Part shown: piece after piece, positions 11,850-24,351 of the stretch
Numbering within the stretch: the first letter of the stretch is position 1
Layout of the letters: each line of letters begins with the position of its first letter
NCBI GenBank assembly: GCA_036172245.1
Contig: JAYWIR010000001.1
Location: 372,001 to 436,000 of the forward strand
Direction: 5' to 3'
Length of the DNA: 64,000 nt
Source of the DNA: Raillietiella orientalis
Lineage: Eukaryota
Made by a program: the position numbers and the translations under genes
Notes under the pieces: generated by a model
The model's input: the letters and a program-made list of their open reading frames with translations, nothing else
The model's database searches: none
Told to the model about the DNA's origin: nothing

Positions 11850-13209
11850 CACGGGGTACGGGGCAAACAAAAAGCAGGGGGCGAAGGAGGGGGGCCGCGA
11901 ACGCGTTCCACACCGCGGCCCGTTCCAGCAAGTGAAACTGGAAGGCATTCCAGGAACGGGCCGATCGCCGACTCCACTTTCTGGAGACGACCTGACCAGG
12001 CTTCTGACTGGCAGAAGTCCCCCAACGGGACGAGCAGGTACTTCAGGTACTTGGCCGGGGGGATCCCTAAGCGAATCCAGTCAGGCCGTCCTGCCCACGT
12101 CGCACCAGCTGGCACCACCGACGACTTCGCCTTGTTCACCCGTAGTCCTGTCCCACGGCTCAGCAAGTCGAAGAAATCCTCGACTGCCGAAGCCGGGGTG
12201 GACATGGGCAACAAGAGCAGAAGATCGTCGGCATAGGCTGCTATGGTGGGCGTGCCGGGGCACGAACTCGGTAAGGCAGCCAAAGTCGTCCTGTACGCTC
12301 TCAGCACCAACTCGAAGTAGGTGCTAAAGAGCATGGGATTGAGGCTATCGCCCTGCCGTATCCCGCGGCGCACAGGCATGCCGTACACCTTCTGGTTACT
12401 GAAAGTAATGGTGATCAGCGCATTGCTCCAGCAGGAGCGCAGGTAGGTGATCAAGGAGGGTGGGAAGCCCATGCGACCCAGGAGCTCCAACAGTAGCTCC
12501 TGGTCTACGCAGTCGAACGCCTTATGGAGATCGACTGCGATCGCTAGAGCCCCCTTCCCCGCCCGGGGTTCCTTTCCCTGTCCGGCTGGCGGCCCCAAAG
12601 TGGGGTTGCCGATCTTCCCCTTTCCTTTCTTCTCACACCGCTGCACATGGAACCATGTACTCGCGAAGAAGAGGTTGGCCTCCATACTTTGCCCGCGAAC
12701 AGCGTAAGTCTGCTCCGGGCTAATTATGGAGTCTGCCCCAAACGCGATGCCCACAGCCTGGCAATCAGCTTGGCGTCCGTGTTCACAATTGTGATCGGAC
12801 GCCAGTTGCTGAGTTTCCTGAGGTCTCCTTCCTTCGGAAGGAGCCCCACTCTGGCTGACCGAAACGAGGCGGGAATATCGCCTTCGTCTCGGATCAGTCT
12901 CGTCAACTCGAGCACGAGGGGTGACAGCTCTGCCGCGAAGCACTGAAAGAACTCCGCGGGCAGGCCGTCCTCCCCTGGTGCTTTCCGCCTCTTGAGCCTT
13001 TTGATACCGGCGAGAATTTCGCCGGTTGTAAAAGGCTCGTCGAGGCTTAGCAGCTCCTCCTCCTCTATCGCCACGGCACCATTCGAGAGCAAGCGCCACG
13101 GGGCGTCTCTTTCCGGGGGTGTTTTGGCGTGGAGGGAGGAATGATAACACCGCACGAGATTCCGTACCGCAGTCGGGGACGAACGTTCCCGTTCCAGATC
13201 GTCCAGCAA
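11850..13209 (-). pseudogene. Reverse transcriptase (L1/Tx1 type), frameshifted near 12730
   Basis: KAPGEDGLPAEFF, NWRPITIVNTDAKL, SPEQTYAVRGQS, AVDLHKAFDCVDQ, RRGIRQGDSLNPMLF, AYADDLLL, GLRVNKAKS, KYLLVPL. Confidence 0.92.
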
Positions 13210-13936
13210 GCTGGCCGACCCGGATTGCCAGGTTGGCGCTCGGCCCCGGCTTGGTATTCAGCCAGGCGACGGACATTGGGGATCCTCTCGTAACGCACCT
13301 GATCCTCCTCCTCCATGGGTGCCGGTGTGTCCGGCGGCTCCAACGAGGGAGGTGTCGCTCCTACCTGGTCGCCCTCCTACATTGGGGCGGGCTGCTCGGG
13401 TTCGGCGCATGCAGGGGGGGGCTTCGCTCCCTTGCTCACCCTACTCCATGGGGGTCACCTGCTTACCGGCTCTCGGGCGTGGGAGATCTCCCTCAGGGGT
13501 TCCCACGCTCACATCTGCTTCCGGCTTCTCCTCCTCGCTCGTTGACGGGAGGCGCCCCTCCTATGCTTTTGGGATTTTCGTTCCGCTGTCCGAGGTGGTG
13601 CCTCCGCGGAGGAAGATGAACTTCCTGCCCCCATGTCGGACTCACCTGCGGGGGCCTTCCTCGTTGGAGCCGGCCTTCGCATGGCCTTGCGTGACGGTTT
13701 CTCGCGCTCGGCCAGCGTGGCCGCGAGCTCCTCCGCCGCCTTCTCGAAAGCTGTGTCCTCGTTTTCGACGGTCGCGTCGAGCGGCTCACCATCTGGGCAA
13801 ACAGACGGTTCGCCTTCGCGAACCTCAGGCGCAGCGCAAACGCCGAGGGGAGGATCTTCGCTCCGGGTGGCAGCCTCGGGAACGGCGACGCGCTCCAGTG
13901 CTACCGAGCACTCACGGAGGGTTTCGGGAAGCGGCT

Positions 13937-14848
13937 TCATTTTGGAACCACGCCGGTGGCGACTTTCTCCGTGGTTTTCTGCGCTTTCTCAGCAGGTTTT
14001 GGCTTTTTGGCCTTTACCAACTTCCAGCCCTCCTCGTTTCCCGCGTCTTCGGAAATTGTATCCTCAGACACCTGTGTAGGAGGAAGAAGGGCTGGCGACT
14101 GCTGCCGGCCATTCTCTCTTTGAGGTCTTTCGACCTTACTAAGCCTCTTTCCCTGAGCCCTTTTGGCAGCAGGTGGCACCGGGATGGGGCGTTTGGGGCA
14201 CATGCGCCGAACGTGGCCTTTCTCCCCACAGAAATGGCACTCAATATTCGGGCACCTCTTTGGGAGGTGCCCTACTACATTGCAGTACCCCCAATACGGG
14301 GGCTTTCCCACGTACCAGAGGACGACCGCCTCGTTGGCCACCTCTAGTTTGTGGGAAAGCCCACAATCATCCTTTACCGTGACACGCGTCGCGGCCTGGC
14401 CCCCGAAGAGGCTATTGTAGCCCTCGAATATCGTGGGCTTCGTCCACAGCGCGTGCACGTCTCCATATTTATTCAATTGATCACTAACCGCAGAGCGGTT
14501 AGTCATGCGGTTAGTGATACCGGTAAGATGGACCACCACGGAGCGGTCCATTGATACGGGCAAGATCTTGCGGCCATCTACGTTCAGCGGGGTATTAATT
14601 AAGTGCTCGGCCAAGGTGAAGGCTTTACAGACTACCTCGACGCGCTGACCCCCGTTGAGGACGGAGAGGCCGTCAAGATCTTCTTTGACATTTGCGGCCT
14701 GCAGCGCCTTCGCAAACGCGCGTGCCGTCCGGTCGTCGAATAAAGGGCCTACCTTATATACAAGCGATGGCTTGTATCCGGCGGCCTTATATGTGGCCAT
14801 GGCTTCCACGCTTGGCGCGGCCACCATGGCGCTCCAGCTCCTCGCCAT
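13937..14848 (-). CDS. ORF1 gag-like nucleic-acid-binding protein (Tx1-type, RRM-like region plus zinc knuckles)
   Basis: Begins MARSWSAMVAA; ...LWYVGKPPYWGYCNVVGHLPKRCPNIECHFCGEKGHVRRMCPK (CCHC x2, first Cys of knuckle 1 replaced by W). Likely continues by frameshift into the acidic linker at 13300-13940. Confidence 0.85.
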   Translation of the reverse strand: MARSWSAMVAAPSVEAMATYKAAGYKPSLVYKVGPLFDDRTARAFAKALQAANVKEDLDGLSVLNGGQRVEVVCKAFTLAEHLINTPLNVDGRKILPVSMDRSVVVHLTGITNRMTNRSAVSDQLNKYGDVHALWTKPTIFEGYNSLFGGQAATRVTVKDDCGLSHKLEVANEAVVLWYVGKPPYWGYCNVVGHLPKRCPNIECHFCGEKGHVRRMCPKRPIPVPPAAKRAQGKRLSKVERPQRENGRQQSPALLPPTQVSEDTISEDAGNEEGWKLVKAKKPKPAEKAQKTTEKVATGVVPK

Positions 14849-17800
14849 GGGCGGGGATGCTCCCGGGGCAGATGCCCTCGATTCTGCAGGTTGTGGGGGG
14901 GGGACAGGCCTTCCCACAACCTGTGTGTGTGGGCGTGAACGGAAGAAGGGAAAGAGAAGAAAGAAGACGATGTCGGCATAGAATGAAGACAAAGGGGAAA
15001 GGGCAAGGAGGTGTTGCAGAAGGTTGAAGAAAGGTCGCCCGAGAAAAGAAGAGCAGCGAGGAGGAAAACAGTCGCCAGAGGAGTTGAGGAGAACGCGAAA
15101 GGAGTACGTGCACGATGGTGAAAGAAGACGGAAATAGAAGCCATCGCGAACGCGTTCTACTTAGACGCTCTTCGGACGATCCTACGGTTCCTGGGGCTTC
15201 GTGCACTCTCGTGGGCCGAAACACCACCTTGCCACCGAAGGCAAATATGCTAGCAGACTTCAGCGTGCCATGGAGACAGCGCCCATCAGCATGGTGGACA
15301 TCCTTGAAGTCGCATGAGGAAGTATGTAAGAAAGAAGCTTGAGGAGGACGAGGCAAAGCGAGGAAAGTTAAGAATGAGGAGGGAACAGCACCGCTTAGCA
15401 TCCTTACAAGGATGGCGACTGCGCTGACTCTGTCGTTGTCATCCGTTTCCCCGTCCATCTCGCCGACGGTCACGTCTTCGAGGAAAGCTGCCGGACCGTG
15501 GAAGACGAGAGACAGGCACTGTCGCCTTTCGCTCAGCGGCAAGATCTGCAGCTGTCGCGTATTCAGAAAAGCGCACGTTCACGGACGGCGGTGCAGAGCG
15601 GCGACCTTGCATACTGAGCGCACCACCGCTCGGTGCAGCGCGCCCATCTCCGTGCTCGGCTCGTCTCGAGGAGAAGCTGCCGGTGTGCTGAGCTTTGTCC
15701 ACCACGCGCGCTCGATCCACTCAGCATCAACCGTGGCAACGAGATCAGAGTGAAACCAAATCCTCTTCGGAGCATCCCGCATGTCTCATCCAGGACCGCC
15801 TTCACGTACCTGCAGTCGTGCAAGCATCACGCTGTCCGCTTCTTGGAACGCTGCGTCCGATGAGTCCTCATCCGCTCCTGGTCAGGAACCTTTGTTTTCA
15901 TATTTCCTTGCGTGTTTCCTGGAGCAGCCGAAGTTTTCGATCACCGCGTCCATCGTCCCTTGCAAGTGTTCGCGCGTAGCTCCAGGATTCCAAGAAAAAT
16001 CTGTCCACCACTGAAAAATTCTGCCTTCAAACAAAATTGCTGGGTGCACCGCAGCGTTTCCATGGTTTCCTCATTTGTCGGAAAAAAGCGCAGGGGAAAA
16101 GAAGTGACTTCCCACGTTCCTCCCTCTTTCTGCAAAGATGAATTCGCATGCACGGTTGGCTCTACCTCCGTTCCGTAATTGGGAATAAGTGTCAGCTTAC
16201 AAACAACGAGGCGACGCGATTTTCTGTCGTGGGCGACGCTGACCACCACCCTTCGATAACGCTGAAGAGCGAAGGTAAAAATGAATCTTCGCTTTCGCCC
16301 CGGACATGCAGTTTGGGTACCGCGATATCCTTCTTTCCGGTTCCGTCTCATGTCGGTACCGTCGGTGCGGCCTGCGCAATTGAGAGTGCAAGTGGACAAC
16401 GATTCCGGTTCTTCTGGTCAAAGAAGAGGATGCTAGCGTCCAACTGAGACACAACGTTTCAACGAACGTTTCAATTCGTTTCAACGAATAGACCTCAACC
16501 GGATGTGGCTGCGCTTTTCAGTGGTTCTTAATGGTAATTCTAGTTTTTTAAATCGGGTGACCTTGTCCGCGAAATACAATCCAGATCTGGAGCTCAGGGC
16601 AGAGCAGGCACGAGAGACAACTGTCAACTGCGAATAAGGAAATTCATTTTTTTATTGATATGGGGTTGCATTGTCTTTTTGAGGCTAAAAGGTGAGAGGA
16701 ACGTTGTAGTGTTCATTTTTTAGTGGATACTGGATTGGATCTCTTTTGGAGAGTGAGATTTTGTTGGTCGCAACGTGCGCCATCTTGCCGCACTGCATCG
16801 AGGTAAACAAGCGAGCGTGGGTGATATCGGGAACGGAAAATTTTAGTGAAGCTGGTTGTTTTCGCGTACTCGGTTCTTGCAGGAAAGATCATCCACCAGC
16901 CTGCAGACAAGACTATTTTGTCCCTCCTTCTTTCCTCTTCCTCCACTTCTCGCTTCCTTCCTCCTCCCAACATGCCTTTGGTTTTTATTTTTCTCACTTT
17001 GCAGATCCTTTCTTTCGTGCTTCTTTTCAACAGGCTCCGCATCTCCGTTTACGGGAGCCATACACCTCTCCCGCTGAAGTCAGCACCACTTTGCCACCAT
17101 GGAGGACACCGCGCTGTTCACAGACGTGTCCGCAAAACGCAGTGAACGCATCAATGAAAGAGAAATTGCAACCCATGATGAAACGAGATGAGCAAACCCG
17201 ACTGGTGACCATCCTACCGAAACCGACGATGACACCCTTTTGGCGGCAACCCAATCACCCAGCGAAACAGGAAAAGTAGGCATGTCCGCGTGTCCACGTC
17301 GTTGCTCCATTCACTTCCAAGCAGCCACTCACGCCGGATGCATTGGTGCAACAAGAGCAGCTCAAGAAGAATCCTGCCTTCCTACATGATGAGTAAATCT
17401 CATGAAAATCGAAGTATGCCGAAGGTTTTCAGCTTTTGCTTGTATCCGCCACCTCTGAAGGTTTTCCACAGATGGATAAACAGCTCCATCGTCTTCAGAA
17501 ATCGTCATTAAGAAGAGAAGGGCAACTGAGAAGTAATATGAGTACTAAAAGTTTTCTCCTTGCTCCTTCTGCTTCTTCAAGGGTAACAGAAACTCCTATG
17601 GAAAAGTTTGTGGGGATGGAAGGAAAGGAAGAAACTGGAGAAACGAACTTGGAACGAAATGGAAACCAGATTTCTTGGATGAGAAGATGGTCTCATAGGG
17701 AACAGAAATCCTGAGAGAGCAGGAAGAAACGAATGGCCGAAATTGCCTTAGGACAGGACAGCACTACGGCATCAGAAAACATTTTGCGGTTGGAGCATCG

Positions 17801-19929
17801 TGCTGAGAGCGTGGAACGCAAAGAGCCGAAATGATTTTCCGTAGAAAGCAAATCTGTTGCCCTCGAAGGGAGCGGAAAAGTTGGACTGGCAGCCGCTCGA
17901 ACAAGCCCAAAGACGTGTCCGAGAAAGTCCTCACGTTACCGTTTTACAAACGCGAACGAGTGGCCAAAGAAAGTTCGACTCGAGTTCCAAGCAGTGCACA
18001 GCACACCGCAAACACAGTTGTCGGGGATCACGTCGAGCCCGGTCGACAAAAAGTTGAAGAAGATATCAGCAAACTTCCAGACCTCCTGGAAGCGAATCTG
18101 ACTGTCTTCGGAAAGAGGTGTTTGCCAACGTTCCACCGTGAGAAAGGCATCTTCCGTTGGACGTGACGAGACCCTCTTAGCAAAAGGCACTCGCACTAAA
18201 AGCAAAGGTCGTTGATGGTTGCGAAGATTTCATGGTGGAGACATGGAGTGGGTCATATGGAAAATCTCTCAGAGAAGAAAAGTTCGCTGTGAAGTAACAA
18301 AAAATGCTCACAAATTCAGTAGAAGGAAACGCTGCTTACGAATCCTCCCGAAATGCCAAGGTGGCGATAGGTTGACCCAGTGTACAGTGTTGGGCAATGA
18401 AAAGCTAAGGAGCAAGAAAAGTGATCATTCTTTGAGACTCTCCCAGAGATGAGACCTGTTCAAGAGCAACAAGTTGACTGCAGGTTAATCTGCTTGCATA
18501 TGCTGCTCGTCCAAATTTCGCAGGGCTGAGAATCTTAGAGAAACATGGAAACCAACGCAGTCGCCTGGATTTCTACAAAATTGGTTTCCGGTGCTGCTGC
18601 AAACAAGGCATGCGAGCAGTTTTCAAGAGATTGCGGTCAGAGCAGTGCGTGTGGACTGACAGACATCTTGGGAAGGGAATCTTGACAATTTCTTCTGGGC
18701 ACCTTGGAATAAACATGAAAGTCGTTGCCACCTGCACAAATGCAACCAACATTTTGGCTTTTCCCACTGCCAAGCCATAACCCTGGAAATTCTCCAGAGA
18801 CACGACAATCCCAGTCATTGAAACCAACCGATTTCTTCCAAAAATGAAGATTCAACGTCGCAAACGTCGAAAGAAGTCTTTCAAATCATGTATCTTAAAA
18901 GAAATTCGTTATCTGCGGAAGTAGGTATGAGGATCGCGAAAACGCATAAAGACAGGAATGCTCCTCATGTTCCTCACGAAGCAGTTTCGAGGAACCCCTT
19001 CCCCGAAAACCGCTCGTTTGCGTTGTCTTCCGTGGTGGTGCGATTCTGGCCAAAGCACGAACTGCGCACCAACGTCGCTCGGCGGAAAAATGGAAGGAGA
19101 AGGGGAGGAAAAGAGGAATGGACGAAAAAAAAGGTCAGAAAGAGACGTGTACTAGAGAATGATGGGATGGAAAAATGCCAAAAAGAAAAGACAGAGGGAT
19201 TAGAGAGGGGAACACGGAAAGCAAGAGAAATAGAGGAATAGTAGAAAGGTGAATAAGGGTAAATGACAAATGACGAGAAGAAAGATGCGAAATGTGGAGA
19301 AGTAAGCACAGAAACTATATGGTGACCAGCAAAAAGGACAATCAGCACAACTGGAACGGAAGTGGAAGAGGAGGTGGAGATGAGTCGTTGCAGAGGAAGG
19401 AGCAGATGAAAGTCGCAGGTGGAGGAGAATGGAGCGATCGCCAGGAAGAGTAGAGAGAAGTGGAAGGGGAGAGGATCTCCTAAATTGACAGGTTGAAAAT
19501 ATTCAAGGTAGAAACTGGAAAAGCTCAGAGTGGCGATTCTTCAATGCAGAAGGCAACGAATAGAAGGGACAGAAAGAACAGAAACTGATCCGATCAGGAA
19601 GAGGCGGAAAAGGCAAGCTGGAGGGAAAATTGAGACACAATGAGAATAGGTAGAGACTTTCAGAAATCATGTGAAGAGAGGATGGAGAAAAAAAAGGCTG
19701 TTCATTTGTCATGGAAAGAGTGACAGGCTAAAGGGAGTAAGAAAACGGAAGGACAGAAACGAACAAAAAAATTTTCCAAAAAAAGTAAGGGAAGCGAAGA
19801 TTACGGAAACATCCTCTGAAGTTTTCATTGCTTAAAGGCCTCTCTTATTCTGCCCTAAATGGAAATTCTTGTGCCGAAGCAGAGCTTCAAAAATAGGCAA
19901 CGCCGGCTCGCAAGTGCCATTCGAAAGAC

Positions 19930-20375
19930 GGAGCCCATGCTAGCCGAGGACGTTTCCTAGGATACGCTCCTTTCAAGAAAGAAGGAAGAAGCGGAAGAAA
20001 ATTCCTTCAAGGAAGAACCATTCTGCCGACTGTTGTCTCATTCGTCGGCCTTCCTAGCTATGCCATCCTCCAAGACCTTCCTGATGTGCGGTTTGGGAGT
20101 AGCAGTCGCTCTCTGCATGTTCAGAAAGGAAGTGGGTTCTGGTGCCTGGACGTTGACGGACCTTAAAGTTTCCTGTGTCTATTTCCATATCGCCGATGTC
20201 ATCAGGAGATCATGATGGGACTCTCCGGTTGCGAGCCACGAGGAGGAAAAGGAGCCAGGCCGCGAAATGTCTGGGGGCACCAAGGGCCTGCTATGCATCT
20301 TCCAGGGGAGTTTGGAGATTACCAGGACGCTTTGGAGGCACCTCTCCTGGTGCTGTGGATAAGCCGAGGGATTTG
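19930..20375 (-). repeat. Module M2, copy 3
   Basis: Homologous to 9625-10085 (same orientation) and to 4540-5095 (inverted). Confidence 0.85.
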
Positions 20376-20449
20376 GTAGAGGGAGCCTAACTGTTTTCGT
20401 TTTCAGAAATCGTAGGCATGGTGAGGACGGCCAGCTTTTTTTGTTACAG

Positions 20450-20810
20450 ATCGCAAGACTGACAGTCTCTCGTACTGCTCCGTGTACAGTGACAAGGAGT
20501 GTTCTTGACTGTTCAACTCTCTTTACGCTTTCTGGTTCGTGCTGTTCTTGCCGTATTGCATGTTCGCAAACAGGTGGATCGTATAACGCATTGCCAACAT
20601 TCTGCGAGGTCGCCTGGGTGTTGAGCTGGTGACCTGAAGGCCTTGTGAACCATCTGAGAATGCAAATGAGAGCTCTTCTTGAACTTCTTTACCACCGTGG
20701 TTTCTCCGTCTTCGAGGAAAATGGCAGCAGCGGCTGGACCGAGAGTACACTCTGCGTGTCCCGAAAAACCTGGATGCGCTTCCCAATGTCCTCCTTTACA
20801 GGACATGGTC
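20450..20810 (-). repeat. Module M1, copy 2
   Basis: Reverse complement of 3490-3850; M1 precedes M2 on the same strand here, as at 3.5-5.1 kb. Confidence 0.75.
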
Positions 20811-21439
20811 CTTTGGTTTGTGTCTGACTGTTATTCACAGCGGTCTGCACTCATCGGACAGGAGCTCCAACTCCTAGTGCATTCTGTGGGTCCTCTTGTC
20901 TCGGGGTTTTCGCGACATTTTCGACAAAGACGACGTCTGTAAGGGTGGCTTGAAGCGCAGAATATTCTGCACAGCTCCCGCGCTTCGATGTTTTGCTTGG
21001 GGATCGCAGGTTCCGCTGGAGCAGCTGTAGGTTTCCAGACAAAGAAAACCGAAGTCCGATGATGTCGCCATCCCACGAATAGAAAGACTGCAGGCAGTAA
21101 TGTTAGTTCCCTGGTGGCGAGCCACGACGATTACATTTGAACGCGAGGTGAATGTGACCCAAACACTCGCAGTAGTAGCTCTGTCTGCTGAAGAAGCTCT
21201 GTCTGCTGGCCATTCTGAAGCATCGCGTCTTCAAACACGTACAGAGGTGGTGCATGATAAGCTTGCAGCCAGCGCAGAAGCTCTGCATGAGGAACTCGTA
21301 CTGCACATTCCGGGAGTGTACGTTGATGCACATTTCCCTCTGGGTCTTCAGAGCATCGAATAGCATTTTAGGAGTCATTGCGATAGTTCCCTCCATGTGG
21401 CTTGGGCAGCACCGATCCCATCGCACATTTGCGATGGTG

Positions 21440-22190
21440 GCATTTTGCTTCCTTTTCCTGCTTCTCCCTTCCCTCTTTCCCCATGCACATCCATGACTTT
21501 TCCTCCTCTTTTTTTCGTTTTACTACAACCATCAAACGCTTCTGCAATCACTTCCCTTCGAACTTCGTCACCAGCTTCCCATTTTCCTCCTTTTCCTTCC
21601 GTTCATCCTCCTTGCAGCTCAGCCACTATTCTTCTCCTACACATTTCTTCTTTCTTCCTCTCTTCGCGTTGCTTTCAGCTTCTTTCTCCTTGTTCCCTTT
21701 GTCTTGCTTTCTTCCCTCACCTCGCGCAGCTCTTTCTACGCTCCTCCTTCACCACGGATGCCCCAAATTCTTCATTTCCTCCACCCTTTTTGTTTGCGTT
21801 TCCATATCTGCTCTTTTGACTTCTCCTCTTCTCTTATTCCTTTTAAAATCATCTGTTGTTCCTTTGCTCCTTCTTTTCCCTCTGAAATTTCATTACCTTG
21901 CACAAAAGCCCCGCTCAGCATTCTCACCTGGTTTTTCCTTAGATCCTGGAAGAAATCATCAGTCTCTCTGGCTTTGACTCTTCTAATTTTACCTTTTTTC
22001 TCGTTTCTTTCTTTCTTATGTTTTTGCTGCTTTGCCTTTCCTTTCTTTAGTATTCTATCCTTTTTTTCACCCCACATGCTTCCTTATTTCCCTTTTACGT
22101 TTCTCGCTTTCCACATTTGGCAATTGATTCATCTCTTCTTCTGTCATCTTGAATTTTCCTTCTTAGCTCCATTCCTTTCTCTCTCCCGCC
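21440..22190. repeat. Long pyrimidine-rich (TC) tract immediately upstream of an ORF1 remnant
   Basis: About 750 bp that is mostly T/C on the + strand; non-tandem. Confidence 0.85.
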
Positions 22191-22239
22191 TGGGCACAAC
22201 GGGTGCGATCTGGTGGACAGGCTGCATTGAGTAGGAGTT

Positions 22240-22700
22240 CGAAGAAAGGATGTTCTGTCTTTGATGAGAGCAGTTGCAGAGACTACTGCAAGCTATTCTG
22301 TGAGAATGCGCTTCTTGTGCAGCGTTTGCTGCAGACGCCGCTGACCATCGAGAGACGGAATGTTGTCCTCTGAGCAGAGGACCAATCTATAGTGGTCCGA
22401 TTCATTTAGGTAGAACTCAATTACAGAACGAAAAGTGATTGTGTTCCTGGCGCACTTCTCACCGTGCTCTGTGGAGAGAGTCGAGTCCTCAAAAAAATTT
22501 CGAAGACTTCTGCAGAGGGTTCTCCGCGGTTCCAGTGACGGTGACGAACCACCGCGAAATCCTCGTACAATTGCGAGTGGACCAAGCAACAATCCATCTG
22601 TGGTTTGCCGGGCAGCCGCGTACATGTGGTAAATGCGGCAAGGAGGAACATTTCATGATGAAGGACGTGTACCGTCGGTCGGCCACAGCTACTGCAGCAA
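22240..22700 (+). pseudogene. Decayed Tx1-type ORF1 remnant
   Basis: LFCENALLVQRLLQTPLTIERRNVVL*AEDQSIVV matches HCKDAALVQRLLRTPLKIRGKEVVPSALDQSFVV at 26.3 kb; LWFAGQPRTCGKCGKEEH is a knuckle remnant. Confidence 0.75.
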
Positions 22701-23774
22701 CTTCGGGTGCACAAAAGGGATCTGTTCAGAACATGTAGCGAAAAACGAAAAAAGCAGGACCAACACCTGGAGATCGTAAAGAGAAAAACGCTACCTACGC
22801 GGACACGAAAGTGAAGACGAAGAAAGGAAGAAACAGATCCGATTAAATGCGCCTCCCACCAAAGGATACGAAGCAATAAGGCGAAGACGGCAAGCGGATG
22901 CAGCGTGTCTCTGCGGTGCAACCCCAACGTCGCGCCAACGACGTGTCGAATCTGTGCGCCCGCACACCAGGCTGTAAGGTCTCCCACGATCGTCTTGAAG
23001 GCAAAGAACCGCCTCTGAGGCGAAGAAGTCTTGCGCGAAGGTGTCCGAAGACTCTCGATAGCCCGCTTCGAAGGTCTGGTGCGTGGATCAAGAAGGCATC
23101 AAAGTCTTTCCGCCTCCAAGACCAAGGCAACTCAGCCGACGGCTGACCAGACCACTGCAGCCAACAGAAGTTCATGGAATCCCACAAGATGGCATTCGAA
23201 AACTCGCCATTCTCCCCCCCCCCCCCCCCCAAAGTCTCCAGATTTCAATACTTCGGAATTTATCATCATCATCATCAGTTATAACATTCAAGTAGTGTTT
23301 CATTAGGAGGACACAATTTCAACCCATTCAAAACCTCAGGTTCTCTGGATTATTCTGTGTAAGAAATAGTGCTGCTGTTGAGAAGTGCCTGGAGTTTTCA
23401 GCTTATCCACTTTTATTTCTGTAGGCATCCACGGTTCCCATTTTTCTTGAAACCTCTGATGGCCATGGATGATCCTTGCAGAACTTGCTAACGCAGTCTG
23501 GACCTTCCCTTACTGTGAGAATTGCATCGACCAATTCCGTTTCCATCTGGATTTCTAGTTTTGACTTCACGATGCTCAGAAAGCTGGGGATTCTTTCCAC
23601 TGGAGCACTGCACCATTGGAAAAAAAAATGGGAGATGTCACAACTTTGACTAAGCCTTGAAATAGATTGACATCAGTTGAGTCTTCATAACTAGCTGCTT
23701 CACTCCAGAGTTTAAATGTGCTGACAGTTTCTTCCCACTTCACACTTGTTCAGTTATTCTACTGAATTTCCGCT

Positions 23775-24351
23775 CGTACTATTTCCCACCTGGGAGCGCC
23801 GAAGCGTTTATTGCTAAACCATCCGGGAACAGAGTTCCCGGACAAAGGGCACAGAAAAACGAAGGGAGGGATCCCCGACACGCAGGTCGGTAAACCGAAA
23901 GTCCGGAATGGGTGGGATGGGACCACAAATACACGTATAAAGAATATAAATAGAAATATGGGGAGGGTGGGGGACAGGGATCTTTGGCGTCGGCCGTTCC
24001 TTCTTTTCAAAACCGGAGTTGGGTGCCGGAGATCTCGTTCCTCACGTCTTCCGGAAGATGGATCCACTCGGCAGCCGACGTCATGTTCTCGTCGGCTATT
24101 CCGGTGGCCTTTCGACGAATCGCCTGCTTCTCCAGCTCTCGGTGGGCCTTGTCGATGACGCGGGTGCAACAGACCGTTGCAATAAGAGCACCTAAGGACA
24201 GGCCTCCTGGCGTGAAGAAGCGGAGCATCAAATCCCTTGCGGTGTCCCCCTGCAGCAGGAGAGCTGATGCCAGCCTCCGCCACAGTCCGTGGAGGACACC
24301 GCAGTGCAAAAGCAGGTGCGGGAGCGTTTCGACTACTCCGCACCTTTCACA
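23775..24351 (-). mobile_element. 5'-truncated L1/Tx1-like 3' end (zinc finger plus complete 3' UTR); inverted near-identical copy of 30030-30555
   Basis: CERCGVVETLPHLLLHCGVLHGLW; AATAAA at 23807-23812. Positions 23826-24351 are the reverse complement of 30030-30555 (526 bp; one mismatch noticed by eye). Confidence 0.92.

Larger units (their letters stand above)
11400..15100 (-). mobile_element. Near-complete L1/Tx1-like non-LTR retrotransposon (ORF1, linker, RT, short C-terminus, 3' UTR); no APE domain; internal 3' deletion
   Basis: ORF1 with two CCHC knuckles; RT with YADD; stop in HRMDPPLSGQ*; 3' UTR with CTGCGTACCGG and AATAAA (11415-11420); frameshifts present. Confidence 0.9.

Noticed and set aside
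15250-15430. AVAILV...DGRCL on the minus strand as a possible APE upstream of ORF1
   Set aside because: Spacing is off and no NVYAP or GDFN follows; treated as chance resemblance.
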